A stretch of 64,000 bases of DNA, taken from the human T2T-CHM13v2.0 reference genome, Homo sapiens. A program made the translations under genes and the position numbers. Location: NCBI RefSeq assembly GCF_009914755.1, contig NC_060935.1. The stretch is one strand, 5' to 3'. Under the pieces are notes generated by a model that searched no databases, was not told the origin of the DNA, and saw only the letters and a program-made list of their open reading frames with translations. Positions 54,301 through 64,000 of this stretch are shown here, in pieces; positions within the stretch are counted from its first letter, which is position 1; the number at the start of each line of letters is the position of its first letter.

Positions 54301-55656
54301 CCTGAAGAGGACAATTGTAATGTTAGTTTGATGCTGGAAATCCTACATTTCCATTAAGTGACAAAATCACAGAACATGCATACATGATGTGACCGTATTT
54401 ACAAACCACAGTAATTTTGTTATTTGAGTTTCCCCCCTCCAGAAAGATAATCCTCAACTAAGTGCTTTTAACATTCATCTCTATGGATTGTACTTGCCCC
54501 AGGAGAAACTTAAAACACCCGTTACTTAACAAGAAGAAATGGAAAAGAACCATTTAGACCTAACAAAACCCAGAACTAACTTTCTCCTTACTATGCATGG
54601 TGACAGAGAAAGCTGCAAAGAGGGCACATAATTTACATTAATACATTATAAGCATTTCCAGGAGGGGCAACAATTTTAAAAATACACTGTTATCTATCCC
54701 CCCACCTTTTTTAAATTTGAAAGAGAATATGCTTTCTTTATCCTTGCATCATAGTTCTTATTTTATCAAGAGTCTGATGGTAACCTCACTTTGAACCTTA
54801 TTAGGTAATATTGATTTAAGTAGAGGGGAACTCTTGAAGTTTTTACTCATCTGAAATGCAGAACACATACATGTTTTACCAAAAGGTTTACTATGCATAT
54901 TAATCTTTTATGCATTTTATTTCTCCAAGCGTGAAAAGAAACAAGTTGAAGTAATAGAGGTTGCCAGGTGTTGGTGGCACCCATTCCACTGTAATGACAG
55001 CCATGACTTAAGGTTTTGTCTCGCTCTACTCTTCCTATGAATTGCAAATCTTCAGGTTGCCACAGCAACTCTATATACTGACAGGTAAGCTTCAGGAAGC
55101 ATCCTGGTCATCGTTTCCATCTTGTTTGCTCTGCCTCATAGCACTTCAAACTCCCTGTTGAATGGGAGTACCAGGGGATGGTTCCCCTTATTCTAGTGCA
55201 CTGTCCAGTTGCAGCAATTAATCATTCCTGCTTCTTGAGCTGACATATCGAGGTGGGGAAACGACATCCTAAATGAGCAGAGCTGATTACCTGGGAAAGC
55301 AATTCTTCAAGATAGCACAGCTAACTAATAGCTCCATCTGCTACACATAAACACATTCCAAAGCCCCAGAAGTAACGTCAGAATACAGCTAACAGAGTCG
55401 GGTCCTGTATGCCAGATTTCTGTGTGTCATCACAGGTCTCTGACAAGCACAGAAAGTACTTGAACTTTTCTTCATCTCTAGGATAACAGGTGCTATATCA
55501 TGTTAGGATCACAGGCCACCCACAGAGGATATTTTGGTAGAATTCTCAGTTTGACCTTGTTGTTTTTAATGTAGTGAAGTTAGACTTCCATATGAAGCTA
55601 CATATACTATACATAAAGAAGTAGTAAGACAAACCTGTAGGAAAACACACTTTTCT

Positions 55657-55967
55657 TTTTTTGTTGTTTTGTTTTTTGGGTTTTTTTGAGATGGAGTCTC
55701 GCACTGTCTCCCAGGCTGGAGTGCAGTGGCGAGATCTCTGTTCACTGCAACCTCTGCCTCCCAAGTTCAACAATTCTCCAGCCTCAGCCTCCCAAGTATC
55801 TGAGATTACAGATGTGCACCACCATGCCCAGCTAATTTTTGCATTTTTGTAGAGAGGGGGTTTCGACATGTTGGCCAGGCTTGTTTTGAACTCCTGACCT
55901 CAAATGATCTGCCCACCTCGGCCTCCCAAAGTGCTGGGATTTCAGGCATGAGCTACCACGCCCAGCC
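55657..55967 (-). mobile_element. AluS
   Basis: Exact 16-bp TSD gaaaacacacttttct at 55641-55656 and 55969-55984. Confidence 0.95.
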
Positions 55968-57319
55968 AGAAAACACACTTTTCTATATATACAAACAACA
56001 ACAACAACAAAACCCATGATCCAGTAAGGATAAGAAGATTTTCTATTCCCATCAAAATATGCATCAGTATATAGTATAAAATATGTGCAGATTGTTTTAA
56101 TGTGACTAGACAAAAAGAGAACCTTTAAAGATCATGACAATGCACCCCGATTCTGTAAATTAAACAAACTTAAGAAGACTGTGGTTAGAATTCAATAAGC
56201 TCAGCAGATAAAGACAATTTGGCTACAAGAAACAGGGCCGTACTAAGCTATTATTATAGATGAAACGATAAATGGCTCCCTGAATGTTTTTAAAAATCTA
56301 AATAACTGGCTGCTTCTTAAGTCACCACTACAGATTCTGTCTGCTCTTTTATTAATAAGTCTTTGATAATATAAATCAAACTCTAACATCTCAATGTTGA
56401 GTGCTTAAGGAGGCTGCGAGTTTCTATTTTCCTAACCAAAGTATTGCCATTTTACAGTAGCAGCATTTAACAGTGCTTCTGTATCAAATGAGAACAGGCT
56501 CCAGTTCTTTCCACATTAGTTGTGATTTTAATAACATGCCAAGCCAAACAGGCTAGCGTAATAAGTTTCATTGCACCCACTTCAACAACAGATAAGCACC
56601 TCATTTTCATACAGTTTCCACTTGTTGCTAGGTAACCGCATCGTAACGAGACATCTCTAGGCATTATGCAGAATGCATCCTCTTCACCCAAATTTAATGT
56701 GCTTTGGGCATTAAATACTGTTATTTTAACTACACCTATCACTCAAACAGTTTAAGCTTTGGGTTAGATTGCAACATAGGTTTGTGGGATTGTTGCTTCT
56801 GAGGGGATTTTGATGTGCGGAGTTTCTAAAAGATAAGCCACAATAATATGTACCTCTCTTCCAAACCCACTGCATTATCCAATGAATTAATAGCTTGACA
56901 CTTCATAGAAAGACAAAGTAAACCCTCTCAAAAGATGTCCACACTATGCCCTCTTAACAGTAGACAATGTCAATTAAAAACTTCCTTACTGCTTTACGTG
57001 ACCATGAAGGGAACTTTGTAAGCAGGGGTCTGTGTGGAGTTGGCCTTCACCTGCGGGCTTCAAACAGAAACCCTTTAACTAGGCGCATCTAGGCCAAAGC
57101 GGGAACCCCATCTGTCAGCCAAACAAACCAGCTTTCTGCTGGAGGAAGGGAACGCTCTGCGGGAACAGATGCAGCCCGACCTAAGACACTGAAGGACTCA
57201 GGTGACAAGGAGGCAGGAGGGCTACCTGCAGGAAAGGCAGCAGACACTGACATTTTAAAAAGAAAATAAATCTTAGCAGCAGCACCAGGCATCTCCCAAA
57301 CACGAATTTTCTTTTGAGC

Positions 57320-57530
57320 TTCAGGAATGTTTTATCCTACATGATTAGTGGATGCTAGAAAAATGTTATATCACCTCTTGCCAGTGGGTTAAAATGATCT
57401 CTCTCACAGATGATATAAAATTGAAGAAACTAATTACAATTAGTAGTAGTAACAAGACACAGGACCAGACTCTGACCCCCGGCCCCTTTTTCACAGAGAC
57501 TTTTGATTTCAGTCGCTTCCATGTCACCCA
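57320..57530 (-). mobile_element. MIR fragment
   Basis: tctctcacagatgatataaaattgaag...ttagtagtag...acacaggaccagactctgaccccc. Confidence 0.45.
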
Positions 57531-58269
57531 GAGTAGGGCTGCCCCATCTCTTCAGAGGGTAGGGGAAGTGGGGTGCACACTGTAGCTTGACCACTGGCCT
57601 TAACTAAGTCTTAGCCTGTAAAGAAAGCCTTTCCCCTTTTATTTTTACCCCTGTGCTCTGAGAAGCAAGAGTTCAAAGGATTTTGCCTCCAGATCCTCTT
57701 GTAGGTGTACTTAGCGCAGAAACACCTGTGGCTGGAGAATCACCCTTTACTCTCTTTCCGCTAAGACAAGGTCACTCACTGCATCCTCTGCTGCACCAGT
57801 TGAGTTTCATCCATAATACTCTCTTCTTCACCCACCCTCCCCTGCTTCCCCCTTTACCCCCTCTGGGCCCCTCCACAGCTTGGATGGTTTAGCTCATTTT
57901 GGTTCTTTTTAAAATTTGGATAATTTCCGTTAAAATGACAGGACTGGGTCTCTGCCATTCACAGGGATGAACTAAGATGAAGCAGGAAGAGGCATGTGAT
58001 GGGTAAGACAAGAGCCAGGGACAGGTTGCTGTGTTTCCTGGCATGTATATTAACAAATTTCACTTAATCTGTTCTAAAACTCCATGAAAGGTGCAGATAG
58101 GAATGCCACAGGAATACAGGAGGATATAATGAAACGATCTTTAGTTTTGTTCCATAGGAGAACATTACTTGGTTCAACTCTGTTCATTAAAAAAAGCAAA
58201 AACCTAGTTCCCGAAACAAAGTTTAAAATGACCAGCAGCCAAGCATAGCAGATATAAATTAAAATTTAC

Positions 58270-58860
58270 AATGTGCACCCTCTATGGCCCAGCAATGCCA
58301 TTTCTGGGTGTGTATCCTAAAGAAACTCTCACACATGTGCACATGGAGACACGCAGAAGAATCTTCACTGAAGAACAGTTTACATGAGGAAAAATCTTCA
58401 AACAACCCATATGTCTATCAATTGGGGAACAGCTAAACAAACAGAGGTATATGTGTGCTGAAGAAAAAACAAGGCAGCATTTAAATGGAACAAGCAAAAT
58501 CAGCACGTAGCAACATGGCCAGGCTTCTAGGACACTGCTGGCTGAAGACAGCAGGTGTAGAATGATGAGGACAGAATGATACTACGTATGCTGTCCCATA
58601 GGGTTTCTATGGATTTTACGTTTATGCCTCTATCTAGAAGTAGAGATGATAGATAGATGGATAGATGATAGATGACAGATAAGATGATAGATATGGGGGC
58701 AAACATAGAAGAATACAGAAGTTAGCTAACATGGATAAGGGGTCATCAGTGGAGACTTTAGCATTATCTAAAACATTTTGTAAAGGGGAATATATTCATG
58801 TATTAATCGACAAACAGAAATTAAAGAAAAAGAAAATATATTAATAATGAAGTACAATGT
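58270..58860 (+). mobile_element. L1ME-like 3' fragment containing (GATA)n at about 58645-58693
   Basis: tatggcccagcaatgccatttctgggtgtgtatcctaaagaaactctcacacatgtgcac; aaacaacccatatgtctatcaa. Confidence 0.75.
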
Positions 58861-58868
58861 AATTAAAG

Positions 58869-59174
58869 GGCCAGGCACGGTGGCTCACGCCTGTAATCCC
58901 AGCACTTTGGGAGGCCTAGGTGGGTGGATCACAAGGTCAGGAAATAAAGACCATCCTGGCTAACACGTGAAAGCCCATCTCTACTAAAAATACAAAAACT
59001 TAGCCAGGCGTGGTGGCACACGCCTGCAGTCCCAGCTGCTCCAGAGGCTAAGGTAAGAGAATCCTTAAGCCCATGAGGCGGAGCTTGCAGTGAATCAAGA
59101 TCATGCCACTGCACTCCAGCCTGGGCGACAGAGCAAGACTCCATCTCAAAAAAAAAAAAAAAAAAAAAAAAAAA
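58869..59174 (+). mobile_element. AluY-like
   Basis: ccatcctggctaacac and ggagcttgcagtga; TSD aatgtaattaaag at 58856-58868 and 59176-59188. Confidence 0.93.
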
Positions 59175-59910
59175 GAATGTAATTAAAGGGGATGTCCACA
59201 ACTAAAGAAAATATGTCTGAGTCTTCCAAATGTTGGCAAAGGGCTATTAGATGAACCTGTTCTACCTCCTCCAAAAGAGATAATTTTGAAAAGCATTGCA
59301 AAGACAAAGGTACAAATATTTATGAAAAAACGTATCATTAGATTGTAATCTTATATAGGTTTAAAATATCTAGACATTTCTGGGTTGCTATCTAGATATT
59401 TATGGGTTCCTTTAGAAAAAAGTCAACTTTACCAATGTAACTACCCTACTACCATGTGGCAATACATCCACTAAATGGAAAAATAATAATAAAATCATAA
59501 TTCTTATAATGCCCTCAGGATAATTGGCCATGGGAGGAAATATATAAATGGGACTCATTTATATAAAAAAGAATTCATTAAGAAAGGCAAGAGTCCTTGC
59601 ATCTGGTGAATTTTTTTTAAGAGTTTGGAATGATGCCTAGAAGTCATCAGATTTGTTGCTCATGAACCCCCATCTGTCATAGCTTGCATCTAAACTATAT
59701 ATAGCTCTTATTCCCCAAATCAATATGTTGTGTGTTCATGTAACCTAGCATCCAGTCTAGAAGCCTTGCAATTGTCTATAAGCTCCTCAATTCTTATTTT
59801 CACTATTTCTTGCCTTGTTATAATTCTTAATATACCACTGACAGAATGTAAAGATATCATTTTAAAGGTTTCACTCAATAAAGCTTAGCTATAGAGAAAA
59901 AAAACTAGCA

Positions 59911-59950
59911 GTGTGTGTGTGCGTGTGTGTGTGTGTGTACGTGTGTGCGC
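59911..59950. repeat. Imperfect (GT)n microsatellite
   Basis: Seen directly. Confidence 0.9.
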
Positions 59951-60465
59951 ATATGAGCAGACTAGGAAATCCAGAAAGGATAAAATTATAAAACATCGTA
60001 CTATGTTGCAATAAAAAGGTTACTGCCTCAAAGGATTTCACAGGAAAATATTTTGGACAAGATAGTTTCAGTAACATCTCACGTTTGAGGCCCAGTACGT
60101 GGCAAGCCCAACTCTCCAGAGTGCCAGAGAACCTACAAGGGAGTATCTAAGTCACTCAAATGTCTTGGTTCCATGTAAGTGCTACTGAAGTCATGGGAAA
60201 GGATGACGAGCTGTCACCATTTACTCTATTAACATACTTTTCACACACTTCTAATAATCTTGGTTACCTTGATTTCCAAACTACAATAAAATCAAAATAA
60301 ATTTTTAAAAAGGGAAAAAGCAGAGAGCAAAGAAACAGAAAAAAATGATTTATTAAAAATTGCTGAGAACTAAAAAAAATAGCACTCTCTGAATGCAGAA
60401 TGAACAAAACAACAAACCCATATAACAGTCTATATGCAACATATATTATTATTCTAAAAGATCCT

Positions 60466-60743
60466 GGCTGGGCGCGGTGGCTCATGCCTGTAATCCCAGC
60501 ACTTTGGCAGGCTGAGGCGGGTGGGGATCACCTGAGCTCGAGACGAGTCTGAACAACACAGTGAAACCCCATCTCTACTACAAAAATACAAAAAATTATC
60601 TGGGCGTGGCGGTGGGCACCTGTAATCCCAACTACTCAGGAGGCTGAGGCAGGAGAATTGCTTGAGTCTGGGAAGCAGAGGTTGAATTGAGATCGTGCCA
60701 TTGCGCTCCAGCCTGGGCACAAGAGCAGAAAAAAAAAAAAAAA
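60466..60743 (+). mobile_element. AluS (Sq/Sp-like), diverged
   Basis: Dimeric Alu; gtgccattgc.ctccagcctgggcacaagag followed by an A tail. Confidence 0.92.
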
Positions 60744-60974
60744 TAGAAGCCGAAGTCATTTATTTAAGTAACATTGAAATCAAACATTGTTTTTCAAAGG
60801 CAGAGAATTGTGTATTATATTTTAGAATAATTTTCTTCAAACAGTATGCACTAAGTTTGTTGAGCTCTACTGAGCTAACAATGCCATGAGGTTACAAAAA
60901 ATAATAAAAAATTAGAAGCAGATAATGTGATTTTAGGTGGTCCTAGTAATAGTAGTGTCCAAAGCAGGGATGTC

Positions 60975-61065
60975 CATGAGAAAACTCAGTGTGGTTTGTT
61001 CCCTGCTTACATCCCCCAGACCCGGAGCAGTGTCTGGCATGTACTCCTCTTGAAAGGATGAGTGT
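60975..61065 (+). mobile_element. L2 3' fragment
   Basis: ttgttccctgct...atcccccagacccggagcagtgtctggcatgta. Confidence 0.5.
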
Positions 61066-62429
61066 TACAAATAAGATGAGGGCGTGAGGGGGGATGAAAT
61101 TTATGTATCAGCAAACTGGAAAAAGAAATGAACCCAGGATTTCTCCACATTCTACAATCCTATAGTGCAAATTAAATGTCAAAAAAAAATCATACCAAAT
61201 AGGGTAACCTTTGGAAAAATAACTTGTAAGGAACCCCGCAAATGAAACATTATGAAAAGAAGGTAATGTCAAGTAAATTTAGAAAGAGGAGAAGATACAA
61301 AAAAGTAATGTCTTTAAATGCATGACTTATTCATAAGGCTCTATAGCTTCCACATCTTGTCTCTTCACTTTCTCATTCTCCTCCAGCCATTTCCCTCCAG
61401 CTAAAGGTGGAGGAACTATCCTATAGAGATAGCTAACGCTGGGCGTTTAGAGATCCTGACAATCTTTATTTATTTAAGATTTACCTCAAAACTTCATTTG
61501 TTACTTTGAAAGGTTTTCTTCCTATAATGTGTTTCAAAAATAAATTCCATCAACATTAAATCACATCTTCTTGAATTATAAACCTATCAAGCTTGGAGAA
61601 TTAGCCTTAAGCTGCCAACATCAAAGCAAAAGAGTCCTGCCTTAGTGAGAACCACCTACCTGATTTATAGCTCTGTCCACTGCATTCAGAATCAGGCTAA
61701 GTAAAAAACAAAGGGGTTATCAAATTTCAGTAATTAATATGAGTAAACATGAGTTGAGCTAACAAAAGCAATTACTTGGAGTTTTAGTACTATTATCTCA
61801 ATATTTCATGTTTTGCCTTTTTCAATGGAAAGCAGAGATTAAAAATGAATGCCGCAGGACCAGAGATTTGGTCATTTCATTCAATAGTTACCATCCACCT
61901 GTATAGCACGGTTGACAGCTAATTTAATACTCTCCTCCAGATAAAATAAATTACTCTGACTTAGTTTATAAGGAATAAAAGACTCTCTAGTATTTTAACT
62001 CATTTTCGATATGAGAAAAATCACTTAAATTTTCTGAATTAAAATCGACAGAGAAGGTAGGAGGCAGCAAATGTTTGTTTCCGATATTGTCTTTACATTT
62101 TGCTGATATTGCTGGAAATATTTTAGTTTGATATTATCTTCTGGCTTGGAACTGCTTCTTTTTGCACTTCTTATTAGAGTTGCAACTGAGTACTTTCACC
62201 ACCTTAATTACATTAAAAGGAGAAAAAAGGGTAAGAACTACAATGTCCTTCCTAAATGGCACAAAAAAAGTACCAGAAAAACTGGAAAATAGATTGACAA
62301 CTACTGTAAAATATATGCAAAGTTTAACTTTGAAGACGCAAAATAAGGATTATTTCGTGTTATTTAATGTCGGTATGTCATTTATATGGCCTCATAACTA
62401 TATTATCCTTATCTTCTTCTTAACGGCCC

Positions 62430-63705
62430 ATACCCAGCCCATCACCAAGCTTGTAGATTTAACCTCCTAAATAACACTTTTCAATTCCACCTACCTCTCC
62501 ATGCCTACGCTCAAACCCACCACCACCCTAATACAAGCCACTGTTACCTCTTGTCCAGACAGTAGTTCTTTGTACCTGTCTGCAGCCACTCAAGCCCCTC
62601 TACAAGGTAACCACAGTGATTTTTTTCCAGAAAACATCTAGGGTCATGTTACCCCTCATGAATTGCTTCAGACCCTCAAAGGCTTCCTATAACTCTTAGA
62701 ACAAGGCCCCCAGTCCTTCACACAACCTGAAGGGCTTTAAGCAGTCTGAACCTTCCTACCTCTTCTCTCCTCTCTGCCCAGATCTCTGACTCCAGCTAAT
62801 GGCTTTCTTTCAATTCCTTTAAGGCACCCTGTTCCCTCTGGAAAGTTCTTCCTGTCTTTTTCAACCTGGTCACACCAGCCCTTCATATCTCAGCTCAATC
62901 TTCACTTCCTCCACGAAGCCCTCCCTGGCCTACCTGATCAGATCAAATGCTTTTGGTGCATGATTTCATTGTACCATGGGCTTCTCCTCCATGACACTTG
63001 TATCATTTACAATTGTATATTTGTGTGACTGTTTGGTTAATAAATATTATACCATATATATATATAAAACCATATATATAATATATATAATACCATATTT
63101 TGAGACAGATTCATGCTCTGTCACCAGACAGGAGGGCAGTGGCGCGATCTCAGCTCACTGCAACCTCTGCCCCTCCTGAGTTTAAGTGATTCTCCCACCT
63201 CAGCCTCCCTAGTAGCTGGGACTACAGGTGCACGCCACCACACCTGGCTAATTTTTGTATTTTTAGTAGAGATGGGGTTTCACCATGTTGGCCAGGATGG
63301 TCTCGATCTCCTGACCTCATGATCTGCCTGCCTAGGCCTCCCAAAGTGCTGGGATTACAGGCGTGAGCCACCACACCCGGCCCTAAATATATTTAATAAC
63401 TGATCCCTGACCATAAGGAGCATGAGGGCCAAGTCTGCTTTCGCTCACCATTGTCCCTTTCTCCCCATCCCACAAGTCTTTCCCTCCCCAATGCCCAGCA
63501 TCTAGCACATACTAAATAAACAAAAATCTCTTGAATTAATGAACTTATGCATTATAATTATCCATGTGGGATCAGCATTCCTTAGTGTTCTATGAGGTCA
63601 AGGATTCTCCCTTTTGCCCACTTGGCATCTCAGCATCTAGCCTACAGCCTGGCTGTAGACTGCTGATCAATAAGTGTTTAATGAACACCTAAGAATAATA
63701 AACAG
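62430..63705 (+). mobile_element. L2 fragments (body plus two 3' ends), interrupted by an Alu
   Basis: tatctcagctcaatcttcacttcctcc; cccagcatctagcaca...tgaattaatgaa; cagcatctagcctacagcctggc...caataagtgtttaatgaa. Confidence 0.75.
63098..63382 (-). mobile_element. AluSc-like; tail apparently converted to an AT-rich microsatellite (about 63045-63097)
   Basis: tgtcaccag and ggccaggatggtctcgatctcctgacctcatgatc. Confidence 0.92.
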
Positions 63706-64000
63706 AATTTTTTAAAATATAAAAGTAGTAGCTCTGCCCATCACTTGGAATAATTAAGAATTTCAATATTTGTATTGCTCAGGAGAATCAATTACCCAAA
63801 CTTCCTGCACGGTTGTTATATGAGAAGGGATTTATTGAAATGGTGGTTCTGATAGCCTACGGGTATTACACATCCACCTACTTAAAACTGCTCCCTTTAG
63901 ACAAATGCAACATACCCAGCTCACGCATGACAAACGAAAATCTGTCCACACAAATTTGTATTTAAACAAGAGTCTATCGGCTTACAAAGAAAAAGAAATT

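Overview
Primate (very probably human) genomic DNA that is AT-rich and has no CpG island. I see no credible protein-coding gene, RNA gene, CRISPR array or prokaryotic system. The ORF track is mostly Alu, L1 or low-complexity noise. The window carries about 21 Alu-family elements (including a FAM, a right-arm monomer and an unusual double left-monomer), old L1M fragments, MIR/L2, two MaLR solo LTRs, hAT/Tigger DNA-transposon fossils and microsatellites. The + strand looks A-rich and every recognisable L1 lies on +, so this is most likely the interior of a long intron of a minus-strand gene, which I cannot name. The most interesting signals are on the minus strand. Two sites show the vertebrate recursive-splicing architecture (polypyrimidine tract + YAG|GTAAGT + short RS-exon + second 5' splice site), with junctions at 30660/30659 and 7909/7908. 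The second overlaps a possible TATA/Kozak alternative first exon. There are also candidate non-coding exons behind very long pyrimidine tracts (21391-21486, 22444-22632). Repeat family names come from recalled consensus sequences, boundaries without a target-site duplication (TSD) are approximate, and none of the splicing hypotheses can be proven from sequence alone.
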